Below, one piece after another: positions 42,392-56,031 of a stretch of DNA of 64,000 nucleotides (position 1 is the first letter of the stretch; every line of letters starts with the position of its first letter). The stretch is from Octopus bimaculoides (Eukaryota): positions 7,359,879 to 7,423,878 of the forward strand of contig NC_068992.1 in NCBI RefSeq assembly GCF_001194135.2, given 5' to 3'. Below the pieces are notes generated by a model that saw only the letters and a list, made by a program, of their open reading frames with translations, was not told the origin of the DNA and searched no databases. The translations under genes were made by a program, and so were the position numbers.

Positions 42392-42520
42392 CATACATAC
42401 ATATGTTAGATTATACAGATTGCAGATATGTATATATGTATATGTATGTATATATATATGCATATATACCTACACACCCACAAATATATAAGTATGTATA
42501 ATAAATATGTGTATGCTTGT
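42030..42520. repeat. Degenerate (TA/TG) low-complexity tract
   Basis: Seen directly; source of several YI/CV ORFs in the track. Confidence 0.85.
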
Positions 42521-42821
42521 GTGTCTGTGTGTATATTTTTATTATGAATATATCTTCTAGAACGATAAGAGCTTTTCAAGTCTCACAGCTTTCATGAAAG
42601 CTAGATGATTTTTATATCTGTACTCTACAGACATCGTGGGAAATGAAACTTCAGTTTCATCATGAGATTTATATTTAAATTTTATATCATTTATATATCA
42701 TTTATATGCTCTACATTCTAAAATATGTTGAGTTCTATTTTTTTTTTTTTTGTTAGAAAATTGTGTTTGTGTGCATATATATAAAGATCTTTTATAGATT
42801 AAGTTTGCCATATCTCTCCTT

Positions 42822-42933
<112 letters not shown>

Positions 42934-44112
42934 AATCTATCCATTCAAGCAACTTATTGTAATTTAATGATGATAATACAAATTGCAAAATGAAACACAT
43001 TCTTAATTTGGAAACAGTGGTGATTGAAATTATTTTATGTAAATTGATAATTCCCTTTACAAAGAAAATTTTCAATCATCACCATTTTCTAATTTATGCA
43101 GAATTCACAGATGTTTACATATTTACCACAATGAAATCACAGTTCCTAAATTTTACAGAAAAATGGGTGGGTTTGTTGGTCAGCACATTTACCATGAAAA
43201 GAAGGGGTGTGGGTTTGATTCCTACACATATTGATACCCTTCTTTTTTCATGATGGGGATTTGCCCTTTTACTACACTAGTCATTATACAGTGAGGGCTT
43301 TTAATTCTGTTTACAAAAGAACTTTTCAGTTGCCACTATTTCCTAGTTCATACAGGATTTGCACATGTTTGCATATTTTCAATTTATTTTCAGGCATTTT
43401 TTTTTATAGATATAATATTCTAATTATGAGACAATAAATGTAATCATAAGAAAATACTTATTCAGAAAATAAAAGAATTCATTTTTATCCATGATTATAT
43501 GCAATATCTCAAAAATATCCAATGATGTCTCTATTTACATAGTTCATCACACCAGTTCAAATTCTTTTTGTAGAATTAAAACTATTTATGTTCTTTGGCT
43601 TAAGGGGAGCTGCATTTTGTAAAAGATACTTTTATGACACAACATTTTTTGTAACCAACATGTATTAAACATAAACAGCAACACATATATATGGCCTCCT
43701 CTTTCATTTTTATGTAACAGACAATGCAGAAAATCTTTTAACTTTACATTGCTTGTAGTTTTGGGAATCAGTGCTTTAGTGTTAGCTACAATTATTTCTA
43801 ATTTGAGCACAAGACTGAGGAGAAAGACAGTTTATTCCATTAGGTCCAGTACTATATTGGTTCTTTACTTTATTGACCCTGGTGGGATGAAAGGTAAAAT
43901 TGACCTCAGCAGGATTTGAACTCAAAACATAAAGAGCCATGACAAATACAACAAGGAACTTTTTCAGATGCTCTGCTGATTCTACCAAACTACCAATCTT
44001 TTGTTTGTTACAGTAAAATTCTTTCTAAGATGACTTTCGTTTTCCTCCCTCAGTGCATAGGAATTTAGTGTCCTAAATATCCATTATAATTGTTAGTAAT
44101 TGAATACAATGA

Positions 44113-44166
<54 letters not shown>

Positions 44167-45078
44167 CCCCAGAGCAGGTTTTAACTGATTTTAATCTTTA
44201 TTCATTAACAAATGACCATTGATCAAATTCACAAGTTTGTATTTACTGAGTTGCCGTTTGAAGACTAAGCAATTTAATGTATCAGTCCTAAGTATTATTA
44301 TGTCTGCAAATATAACACATAATTATTTTTGCCAATTTCTTTGCAAAATGTTATATTTCAACAAATATTCTGCTTTTGTTTGGTTTTTCTTCTTATTTTT
44401 TTTTTCAACTAATAATTTTTTTACCAATTTCTTTCAACAAGTTTGTTTTTCTAGGAATATGTTTTTCTACAAATATAACTTTGACAAATTATGTTTCTTC
44501 TAATAATTATTTTGATAAATGTTCTCAACGAACATACCGAGAATCATATCAGTATATTTGTGTGTGTGCATACAGACATATGTGTGTGTGGATGTAGATG
44601 TGCATGTGTGTATATGTGTGTGTGGGTGTATGTGTGCGTGTCAGTGTGTATTTATGAATAAAGTGTGTGTGTGTGTGTATATATTTATGTATAAAGTGTA
44701 CATATGTATATATATATTTGTATATATCTATATATATGTATATGTATATAAGTATATGTATATAAGTATATGTATATGTGTGTGGAGATGTGTGGTTTAT
44801 TGGTTGGTGTATTGTACTCATGATGGTAAGATTGTGACTTTGATTCCTGGACAAAGTGCTGCATTATATTCTTGACCAAAACACTTCATTTCACATGGCT
44901 CCTCTCCATGCAGCAAAAATGAGTGTTCCTGCAATAGGCTGGTATCCAACCCAGAGAAGAAATAACACCACACAGTCCAAGAAACCAGCTTTAGGAGCTT
45001 AATGCTTGCAAAAGACCTTTGATCCTCTTTTTTTATATATAATATAATCATATATATATGTGTGTATTTATATGTATA

Positions 45079-45110
<32 letters not shown>

Positions 45111-46937
45111 NNNNNNNNNNNNNNNNNNNNNNNNNNNNNNNNNNNNNNNNNNNNNNNNNNNNNNNNNNNNNNNNNNNNNNNNNNNNNNNNNNNNNNNNNN
45201 NNNNNNNNNNNNNNNNNNNNNNNNNNNNNNNNNNNNNNNNNNNNNNNNNNNNNNNNNNNNNNNNNNNNNNNNNNNNNNNNNNNNNNNNNNNNNNNNNNNN
45301 NNNNNNNNNNNNNNNNNNNNNNNNNNNNNNNNNNNNNNNNNNNNNNNNNNNNNNNNNNNNNNNNNNNNNNNNNNNNNNNNNNNNNNNNNNNNNNNNNNNN
45401 NNNNNNNNNNNNNNNNNNNNNNNNNNNNNNNNNNNNNNNNNNNNNNNNNNNNNNNNNNNNNNNNNNNNNNNNNNNNNNNNNNNNNNNNNNNNNNNNNNNN
45501 NNNNNNNNNNNNNNNNNNNNNNNNNNNNNNNNNNNNNNNNNNNNNNNNNNNNNNNNNNNNNNNNNNNNNNNNNNNNATATATATATATATATACGTATAT
45601 ATATAATACAAACATATATACCCACACACACACATACATACATCTATCTACATAACAGCCCACTAACTATTCTACTCTACCTGTGTAAACTGTGGGTGTG
45701 GAGGTATAATATCTACTATGTATATTTCCTGTTTAGTATTGGGAAAGTTTCATTTATAAGGATGTACTCCCGTATTTATCTGAGTGTTGGGTCTTTTGGG
45801 TGCTTGGATAAGATGCAGATGTCAAGTTGACCCAAGTTTCCTCCATGGTGGTCTTTGGCATGTTGATAGCGTATGGAGGACTGTTTTTTGTCATCATATT
45901 GTCCACACATATGGAGATGCACATCCATACATACAAACATGGTACATAGTTTCAAAACTCACACACACACAGACATGCACACACAATGAGACAGAGGTGC
46001 ATACATATACAAACATACGCTCACACACACATACATAAAAAATACACAAACATGGACTATCATTCAACCAAAATATTCAGTGGCCAAAAGCATATATTTC
46101 TTGTAACAGTATCATATGAGTTTATATTTTTTATTAATATATACCCTGATAAATTTATTTGCTACAACTAGTCAAATTCTATCAGCTTGAAAGAAAAATG
46201 CACAACGGATAATGTAGTTCTTAAAAATAACACAAGATGATCATAATTGGAATGCTTTTGATCATAAGCCTGTTCAGTGAGGGCCAGCCTTGGGCTAAAC
46301 AATATTGACTATATTCATTTGTTCAGAGATATTTACAATGTCAATTCCTAGCTTACTTAAACCGGTTGCTAACAAAAGATGCTTACTCAATGTTGTACCA
46401 TAGAAAAAGAAAAACAAGAAAAATAGCTGAAGAATCCAATTATTGGTTGTCTCTTTCCAAGCTACTTGTTGTTACTTTATATTTATATATGCCTGAGATT
46501 ATTCGCTGCCATCTTCAATTCTTGGCAAAATAGACAGTGAAGGATGTCCATTGAAGGATGGTAAATATTATATATAATGAAGGATGGTAATATTTATGTA
46601 TAATGAATATTATGCATAATGAGGCATTTCTAGTTTTGACATTTATCTTCCTCAGTTTTTGGTGTTGTACAACAAATTATACGGACTCATCATCATTGTC
46701 ATCATCATTTTAATATCCCCCCCCCCATTTCCATGCTTGCTTTGGTCAAGCAGAATTCCATGAGGCAGATTTTTCCACAGTTGGATGCCCTTCCTGTCAC
46801 CAACCCTCACCTGTTTCCATATAAGGTAATATTTTTCCTTTGACTGAATAATAATGTTTTAGAGGAAGATTGGAAATGAAGGGCACTGCTTGTATGATGA
46901 TAACATTTATTTACAACTTCATGCGATGTCAAGACAA

Positions 46938-47026
<89 letters not shown>

Positions 47027-47730
47027 TGCACATACACAGATATACAATTAGCTTCTTTCAGTTTCTGTCTACTAAATTCACTTGCAACACTTTGGTCAGC
47101 TTAGGGCTTTAGTAGAAGACATTTGACAAACTTGCCACAGAGTGCGACTGAAACTCAAATAAGAGGTGTAAATTGGTGTGGCATGAGAAATAACAATGAG
47201 CAGATGACCCCCAACTTCTTTTCACCTCTTAGTTTTATATTTCCTACTCAGTTCATAGTAACATGTGGCCATTATTATCGTACCACTTCTAGTCCCCTTT
47301 TTCTTATATGAAATGTGTGTTTGATTTCCAGTAAAAATAAGGCGTTAATTGTTCAGATACAACTGGACTAACTTTCAAAAACATCACATGATGTTATGTT
47401 CCTACTTGTAATTATTTTTTTCTTATAATTATTCCTTCATATTATTATTATTATTATTATTATTCAGTACTCTTATTTTTATTATGCGCATTCAGTATAC
47501 TATTGAATACAACACTGTATGCCTTGGCTACGTGTAGTGACTTGTTTTGGTTTTGTAATTTCTATTATATTAACAGTACCATGTGTGTGGTGTCTAATAG
47601 TATTGTTTTCTGTATGTTGTTCACATTAGTAAATCCTTTGGTTTTGCTTATATATTTGTCTGCATGTTTTTTAATCATTCTAAAAGCATGTCTACAGGTT
47701 GTTTTGTTTACAGTTTTCATTATTTACACT

Positions 47731-47952
47731 TGACGAATATTTGTCCTCACCTTGTTTGTTGTTAACACAATGTTTCGGCTGATATACCCTCCAGCCTTCA
47801 TCAGGTGTCTTGGGCAAATTTCGAACCTGGGTTCTCATTCCTAAGGTATTTTTTGATGTTGTTGTTATTGTTCAGGTCACTGTCTGGAATCGAACTCAGA
47901 ATCTTGGGGTTAGTAGCCCACGCTCTTAAGCACTACACCATATACCCATGGG
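47731..47952 (-). mobile_element. tRNA-head / hammerhead-tail SINE-like element, copy 2
   Basis: Same head, linker and tail; GACAC-CTGATGA-A-GGCTG(gagggtatat)CAGCC-GAAACATT-GTGTT at 47764-47809. Confidence 0.75.
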
Positions 47953-47959
47953 CATTATA

Positions 47960-49760
47960 GAAAAGTGGACATTAAATGATGATGATGTAAGATATGAGCA
48001 GAGATACTTAATAAGATTCTGACGAAGCTGTAAAAATATCTAATTGGCTCAGTGAAGTAAAAAAAAAAAAATACAAAAGCAAAAAAAAAACGTTAACCTT
48101 TTTTTTTATTATATTTCTGTTGAAATATATTATTGTTGTTTTAATTCAATTTTATAAATTAGTAAAATACATCGTCATTATGAAGGTGGTATTTGAAACA
48201 TAACATGAAATGTTGATGGATGGTTTCAAAGCACACTTTAAAACAAGATCTGTACATCATACAACCAGGAGCAGTGTCAGGTGAGTTGGCATAGTAGTTA
48301 AGAGCACGGGCTACTAACCCCAAGATTCCAAGTTCGATTCCAGGCAATGACCTGAATAATAATAATAATGATGATGATGATGATGATGATGATAATAACA
48401 ACAACAACATTGAAAAATACCTTAGGAATGAGAACTCAGTTTCGAAATTTCCCCCAAGACACCTGAAGAAGGCTGGAGGGTATATCAGCCAAAACGTTGT
48501 GTTAACAACAAACAAGATGAGGACAAATATCCATCAAATGTACATAATTCCTCATCTCTTAGATATAGAAATGTATTACAGTTTTCTTGTTCTGATGTTC
48601 TCTATTTTCAGATATTGATGTTTACATAATTTCTCCATCTCTTTTAGAGATACATTATTATTTGTTCAGGTAACACTTCCATTAGGAGGTACCTTGTTTC
48701 CTAGTTGTCATTGATAGCAATATTTGGCTAATCATTCTTGTTCTTCCTGCCTGAATGGATTGGCATACCCCAAAGTATGGTTGCTTTGTCATTCTTTAAG
48801 ACTCATTCCAACGTATATTCACACCACTTCTTTTCTGCTGCTGTTTCATTATGCCAGCATAACTCCGACAGAATAAAGAATCTTTCAGTTTTGAGTCCTT
48901 CTTAACCAGTATTATGATTTTCCTTTGTTTATTTCCTCCTTGTTCAGTTTCTCTTCTCAGGCATTACTCATCTAGGGGCTTTTTTCTGTTTTTTGCTATC
49001 ACTTAAGCATAACATCCTCTGGACCATTTTCCTAACTTAAGTTTTTCACAACTTCTGTTACTCTTTTTCCTTTCTTCTCACAACTACCTATTATTTCAGC
49101 CTCTATTTTGTACTTGTTTGCTATTTTGAAAATGGAAAACCAATTTTTTTTTTATATATTTTGTTGTGCTTGCACCTATATAAAATGTAACAAAACCTAC
49201 AGTTGATCAGTAATTGATTTTGACAGCCATATGAATCTTTGCAGCAACCTTTCTGCACTTTTAGAAACAAGTTGGATTTCTTTTTGGTTTGTTTCCTTTG
49301 CTAGATTTTTAGTTATTCTCTTTGATATTATTACAGTTAAAGCTTTGTAAGTAGTAGAATGATAGCTTATAGGTCTGTAAGTTTTAGATTTTATTTGTTT
49401 CTTTTAGTTTTACAAATTAACCCTTTCCATACCAACTCACCTGACACTGCTCCTGGTTGTATGATGTACAGATCTTGTCTTAAAGTGCGCTTTAAAACCT
49501 TCCATCAAAATTTCATGTTGTTTCAAATACCACCTTCATAATGGTGATGTATTTTACTAATTTATAAAATTGAATTAAAACAACAATAATGTATTTCAAC
49601 AGAAATATAGTAAAAAAAAAAAAGGTTAATTTTTTTTTTTGCTTTTGTCATTCTTTTTTTTACTTCACTGAGCCAATTAGATATTTTTACAGCTTCATCA
49701 GTATCTTATTAAGTATCTCTGCTCATATCTTACATCATCATCATTTAATGTCCACTTTTC
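47960..49760. repeat. Inverted duplication with arms of about 330 bp (47960-48289 and 49432-49760) and a 1.1-kb spacer
   Basis: Direct reverse-complement alignment, e.g. gcagagatacttaataagat vs atcttattaagtatctctgc, and tgtacatcatacaaccaggagcagtgtcaggtgagttgg vs ccaactcacctgacactgctcctggttgtatgatgtaca. Confidence 0.95.
48287..48569 (+). mobile_element. tRNA-head / hammerhead-tail SINE-like element, copy 3
   Basis: GGCATAGTAGTTAAGAG...AAGTTCGATTCC head, (AAT)n(GAT)n linker, GACAC-CTGAAGA-A-GGCTG...CAGCC-AAAACGTT-GTGTT at 48458-48503. Confidence 0.75.
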
Positions 49761-49926
49761 CATACTTGCGAATGAGACAGAATTTGCTGAAGCAGATTCC
49801 CAACAGCTGGATGCCTTTCCTGTTGCCAATCCTGACCTGTTTCCAAGGCCAGATATGTTTCATACAGAAAACTGGAAATGAACAATATTACTTGTATGAT
49901 GCACATTTACAACCATCAAGACAAGG

Positions 49927-49991
<65 letters not shown>

Positions 49992-50939
49992 NNNNNNNNN
50001 NNNNNNNNNNNNNNNNNNNNNNNNNNNNNNNNNNNNNNNNNNNNNNNNNNNNNNNNNNNNNNNNNNNNNNNNNNNNNNNNNNNNNNNNNNNNNNNNNNNN
50101 NNNNNNNNNNNNNNNNNNNNNNNNNNNNNNNNNNNNNNNNNNNNNNNNNNNNNNNNNNNNNNNNNNNNNNNNNNNNNNNNNNNNNNNNNNNNNNNNNNNN
50201 NNNNNNNNNNNNNNNNCCACCCACAATTGTTCAGATAATGTTTGTTATTTTGAGCAAATACTGTCTATCACAATTACTTCACTCTCCATAAATCTATCTC
50301 TCTAGAATTCCTCTATTTTGCTTGCCATTAGTGCTGTGATGATTTCTATTTTGTTTTTACCTAGTTCTTGATAAAAATTGTTTGAAACTGGATTCTAACT
50401 GTTCAAAGAAGCACTGCCACTTTTCAAACTACCAGATTCTTTGTGATTTAGCAATTTTTTTTAGTTTTATTTATTCCTTTGTTTTATTTTTTTGTATGGG
50501 GTGTCATTCTTTCATTGTTATTTCTGTTGTATTTCTCTTGTCTTCTTTCTCTTTTTTTCTCTTAATTCTTATCCATTTCTGTATGTTTCTTTTCCATGTT
50601 GTTTGTTTTGATTTGGATTTTGCTGTATTACTTTAGTACCCAATTACCTTTCTAATTTACAGTGGCTGCTGTATATTCTTAAACCTTTCTTTTTTTTATT
50701 CTTTTTTATCCATATTATTGTTGGTGCTGTTCGATCTCATTTTTGTTGGTCAGTATTATATAGGGTTAGTATTTGTCTTATTTCTTTGTTTTCTGTGTTC
50801 TAGTTCTGTCTTCATGATTTATGTCTTAAATGTTTATTATTTTTGTTGTTTGTTTTCTGTTTTGTAAATTGTGTTTCCATTTTGTATTCTTTCTTTTCAA
50901 GTGTTCTGTTTCACTTTCTGACAGATATTTGGCTTTCAG

Positions 50940-50975
<36 letters not shown>

Positions 50976-51027
50976 GTTATTGCTCTGACCTAGCAGAATC
51001 ATTATCACTTGAGACAAAATACTTAGT

Positions 51028-51395
51028 GGCATTTCTACCAGTTCTTTACATTATGAGTTCAAATTCCACTGAGGGTTGACTTTACCTTTTGCCCTTTTTG
51101 GGGTCAATAAAATATAGTACCAGCTAAGAACTAGGGAACCAACATAACTGACTAACCCACCTCACCCTGAAATTGCTGGCCTTGTGCCAAAATTTGAAAC
51201 CATTAAGGTGACAAGCTGACAGAATTGTTAGCACACCTGATAAAATGCTTTGTGGTATTTCTTAAGCCAAGAATGACTTTTCCTTTCATCCTTTCAGGAT
51301 TGACAAAATATGTATCGGTTAAGCACTGGGGTCAAAGTAATTGACTAGTTCCCTCCCCCAAAATTTCAGACCTTCTGCCTAGAGTAGAAAGAATT
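51028..51395 (+). mobile_element. Two adjacent degenerate SINEs of the 17312 family
   Basis: Repeated GAGTTCAAATTCC...CCTTT...GGGTCAATAAAA and CCTTTCATCCTTTCAGGATTGACAAAA. Further copies at about 36705-36895, 40070-40265, 43796-43990 (-) and 55184-55400. Confidence 0.7.
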
Positions 51396-51705
51396 ATTAT
51401 CATTATCATTTTCATTAGCATCTTCTTTCAATTCTGTTTCCATCTCTTGCCGAGTGTCTTCCTGACACCTAGGTTAGAGAAATGTACTGTGTACATTGGT
51501 AGGCCATTAAAACAAGCACACCAGATAGTTCATTTACAGAGTCATGTAATAAAGAAAAAGGGGAAGTGAGAAAGAAAGAAAAAATAGAAAAGTAAACCAA
51601 TAAAATAAAGTGGGAAAAATGGAAAGAAAATTCACATCAACGATGCTCTTCTCAATACGTGTGACATACCAGTTAAGACAATCTTTTGCACTTCCTGCAT
51701 GGACT

Positions 51706-51737
<32 letters not shown>

Positions 51738-53098
51738 TCTTTGCTCAGTTTTATAGAAACTTTCACTCTAAAAGGAGGAGTTTGCACATGGATTTCATTT
51801 CTTTCCTACCCATTTCATCTTACATTTTACCTGAGATCTTCTCCTAATACTTTTTGCAATAGTTTATCTATTCTCAATAAAATATTTTCCCAAAGTGCTC
51901 CATACTTCAGCAACTCTCTAATATACCATTCCTTGGGAGCCTAACATTACTGGAATTGCATTTATCTTCTTTAGTGAACATATATGTGAAATGTCTTATT
52001 TGAAGTCCTCATATTTCTGGACTTTTTTTCATTTTTCTTGAAATCCAATTCTAGCATTCCCAAATTTTATTAAATTAATGAATTTTACCTACTCTTAACT
52101 GATTGTCAACTATAGTTGTATTTGGTCAACTTGTCTCTGTCATATAGCTATATTAGGATGCAGAAATGAAATAAAAATGTATATATTGATACATTTAGAC
52201 TCAATTATATCCAAAAGCCAGATACTCTAACCACTATCTTGTTCTTTCAAATTACCCTGACCACAAAATTCTCAATGGACAAATCTGCACAACATTGTTA
52301 TGTCTTCTTTTCAATTCTCTCTCGACCACTTTACTACATTCACTTAGCAAATCTGCTACGTTTTTATTTCTTTTCATATATTCTTCATAATGATGACTTA
52401 GCTACCTCATCTCTGTGCAACTTAATATAATTTGTCCTTGAAGCTTTTCCCAGCTCTGCAAGAACAAGAATTAGTGCTTAACTTCCTTGATTGTGTGTGT
52501 GTGTGTGTGTGTTTCTCTCTTTGATTTGCATCATTTTTATCCCATTACATCAAAACAATTCTCATTATGAGCCAGTAACACAGTGTCGAAGTGATCACGT
52601 AACCTGATAGAAATAGTGGCCAGATCTCAAATCTCTTTCAAATTACAACCAACCATCTTTGAAAAAAGTGAGGGGAAAAAAACCATCCTGAAATGAAGAA
52701 CTTCTTAGATAATAAGAGTTATATGCACATTACTACTGGAAGAAATATGAGATGGTCACAGAGGAAATGCCTTTAATAGATCCACTTGATCAGAGCTGAG
52801 CTGGGACTAAACAACTACATCACTACAAATCACACAGCCTGCATACCATTACACAAGCTGGTAGAAATAGCAAGTAAGCTTTTCTCGAATCACATTCTGC
52901 CATCTTAAAAAATGGAGCAATACACTGAATCATCTTGGTGGTGGTAGACTTGTTTTGCTTTTTTATTGAGTCCACAAGACTAGAGGTTAAAGAATTAATA
53001 CTGCCAAGATGTGAATATTCTTGTTTCCCTTCATATATCAAATTTAAAGAGGAACATGAAGAGAGATTGAAAAGAAAGAGAAACTATGTGTATGTGAC

Positions 53099-53137
<39 letters not shown>

Positions 53138-53397
53138 GTGTGCATGAGAGGGGGGGGGGGGAATTAACTTTAGCATTTTGATTGATACTTTATTTATTGA
53201 CCAAAAGGGATGAAAGCAAAATTGGCTTCAGTAAAGTGTTTTAATTAAGAGCACAGAAACCTCTATGCACACTGCAGAGCTTTCCATCTGGTATCCCAGT
53301 TAGATAACTTATAGAATAATGAGAGATCTACGTATAGTGTTGCAGAAAGAAACACTTTGTTATCCTTCTTCTTCACGATGTCAAACCATTGTTTATT

Positions 53398-53611
53398 TTT
53401 CACTCTTCTCTTGGTACAGTCATTGGACTTCAGCCATGCTGGAGCACCATCTTCAAGGTTTTTAATCAAATGAATCGACCCCTGTACTTAATTTTTAAAG
53501 CCTGGTATTCTATCAATCACTTTTTGCTGAACAACAGTCATGTAAACAAACCAATATTGGCTGTCAAGCAATGGCAGGAGGAAAACACAAACACACCCAC
53601 CCACACACACA

Positions 53612-53644
<33 letters not shown>

Positions 53645-53805
53645 CAGGCTTCTTTCAGTTTCTGTCTACCAAATCCACTCTCAAGACCTTGGTTGACCTG
53701 GGGCTATAGTAGAAGATACTTGCCAAAGGTGCCATACTATGGCACTAAACCCAATACCATATGGTTGGGAAGCAAATTTCTTACCACCCAGCCATCCTTG
53801 TGCCA
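53398..53805 (-). mobile_element. Diverged CORE-like composite SINE
   Basis: GGCTTCTTTCAGTTTCTGTCTACCAAATCCACTC...GCTATAGTAGAAGATACTTGCC. Partial copies also at about 17660-17815 and 47050-47150. Confidence 0.8.
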
Positions 53806-53883
53806 TGTTTAAATACCCTGATAATTATTCTATTATTCTAGTCTGCTTCCCTTTCATTATACACCCTTATATTATCAACTCTC

Positions 53884-54046
53884 TGAGTGGTTGGCGTTAG
53901 GAAGAGCATCCAGCTGTAGAAACTCTGCCAAATCAGATGGGAGCCTGGTGTAGCCATCTGGTTTCACCAGTCCTCAGTCAAATCGTCCAACCCATGCTAG
54001 CATGGAAAGCGGACGTTAAACGACGATGATGATGATGATGATGATG
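53884..54046 (+). mobile_element. RTE-LINE 3' tail element
   Basis: GAGTGGTTGGCGTTAGGAAGAGCATCCAGCTGTAGAAAC...GACGTTAAACGACGATGATGATG. Older copies at about 7440-7580, 13740-13900, 16492-16655, 20744-20815, 46700-46945 and 49733-49930. Confidence 0.85.
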
Positions 54047-55627
54047 AAAATATCTCAAGAAGTATCTTTATAATGTCTACTGCTATGTTTCAATTAGCTT
54101 GATCCCTAGTCATTAGGTTCTTTAGTTCTTGGATATGTACTGGATTTAAACTAAGAAATATGAACTTGTTCAGGTAGCAATGGCATAGTATATAAAGACA
54201 TTAGAACACTTAATTCAGAAATAAGCATCTTATTTCAAATTTGGTCCAATACCATGTACATATTCTGAAATGAGATGGCTGGAGATTAAATTGTTTGCAA
54301 CATAGTGTCGATATAAATGTTGAAAATATATTCTATAAAGTTGAAGTTAATAAAATAAAAAAAATTATGATCATAATATCAACAACTCATTTTAGACTTT
54401 TAATCAACAAGATTATACATGTTTTTCCAAATCAACAAGATTACTCATGTTTTTTCAGATAAATTAATCATACTTCTTACAATCAACATCTGTTGTCATT
54501 ATCATCTTTTAGCATTCTGCTCTCCAGGAATAAGGGGAATCAGATTGAGTCCATTTTGTTGCAAGCATTTGGGTCATTTTTCTACTCTAAGGATAACTTC
54601 CTACCTCCCTCCCACCAGTTTCATGAGCCCTCAATAGACTCTGCTCTTCTTTTTCTGACTAAAACTTTGAAAGCAAATATATTATCATCATCGTTTTGGA
54701 GTCCAATTTTCAATGCTAGCATGGGTCAGACAAACCGTTTCTGGAACATATTTTTCAACAGCCAGCTGTTATTCTTGTTGCCAACCTACACCTGTTTCCA
54801 AATAAAGTAATACATACAGTTGTAAGGTAGTTAAATGGTAGAACCATTTGAACATCAGATCAAATGCTCAAGGTGTCGTCTTTTCTGGTTCTGGTTCTGT
54901 GTTCAAATTTGATCAAAGTCAACTTTGCCTTTAACCCTTTAGCATTTAAACCGGCCATATCCAGCCAAAATACTCTACCATTTTTATGCTTAAACTGGCC
55001 AGATGTGGACTCTCACACCAACCCTCATCATAATCTCAAAGCTACGACATAATGCATGAATAATTCAAAGGAATGTGAATAAATAGGCATTATGTTTGAC
55101 AGAATAATGTGAATGCCAGAAGGGTGATCAGCCTCGGGCCTTATGCCTATATTAGAAACAGTTAATATTACAAGACCTGTCAAGGCAGCGAGAGCTGACA
55201 GAATTCCGAGTGCACTGGACAAAATACATTGCAGTATTTCGTCCTTCTTTATAGTTTGAGTTAAAATCCCACCAAGGAGTTAGCTTTGCCTTTTGCCCTT
55301 TTGGGGTCGATAAAGTAAGTGCCACTCGAGCACTGGGGTTGTTGTAATCAATTTATTCCCTCCTTCAAAATTTCTGACTATATGCCAATATTTGAAACCA
55401 ATATTACAAGACTTGTAATCAAAAGCACTTCTAGCCAACTAGAGTCTACCCCAAATCCACATTTTCCAATGCATCTGCTTTTTTTTTTTTTGTCTGTTTG
55501 TTTTTTGCTTTTTTTTTTTTTTGTCTGTTTGTTTTTTGCTTTTTTTTAAAGATAAGGTAGTCTGAAGATAATTTAGCTGTTATTGATGGTCTTTCTCAGG
55601 CATGAATGGACAGTCACCATGTATGCA

Positions 55628-56031
55628 TATATATATATAGACTGGCACCTATGCCAGTGGAGCACTAACAGCACTGTCTGAGTGTGATCATTGCCAGAGC
55701 ATCTGTCTGTCTTCCGTGCTAGTGGCCCATAAATAGCACCATTTGAGCGTGATCGTTACCAGCATCGCCTTACTGGCATTTGTGCCAGTGGCACGTTAGA
55801 AAATCATTCGAGTGAGGTCGTTGCCAGTGCCGCTGGACTGGTTCCTGTGCAGGTGGCACATAAAAAACACCATTTTGAGCGTGGCCATTTCCGATACTGC
55901 ATGACTGGCCCTCATGCCGGTGGCACGTAAAAAGCACCCACTACACTCTTGGAGTGGTTGGCGTTAGGTAGGGCATCCAGCTATAGAAACTCTGCCAAAT
56001 CAGATTGGAGCCTGGTGTAGCCATCTGGTTC
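55628..56031 (+). mobile_element. RTE-LINE 3' UTR with internal tandem units of about 70-80 bp
   Basis: Repeated GCCAGTGGCAC.TAAAAA.CACCATT.GAGCGTG units followed by GGAGTGGTTGGCGTTAGG...; same unit type is seen inverted at 57990-58240. Confidence 0.78.

Noticed and set aside
48019-48040. CTGACGA (and CTGATGA in the inverted copy near 49700)
   Set aside because: No helix II or GAAA downstream.
50382-50636. Hydrophobic ORFs here and at 3479, 40809 and 62665 that might be membrane peptides
   Set aside because: They reflect T-rich composition bias. Only the ATTNNIRR part of the 40809 ORF has splice support.
55628-55950. Repeat-spacer-like array that could suggest CRISPR
   Set aside because: The units are degenerate tandem copies without unique spacers, lie in a LINE 3' UTR, and the context is eukaryotic with no cas genes.
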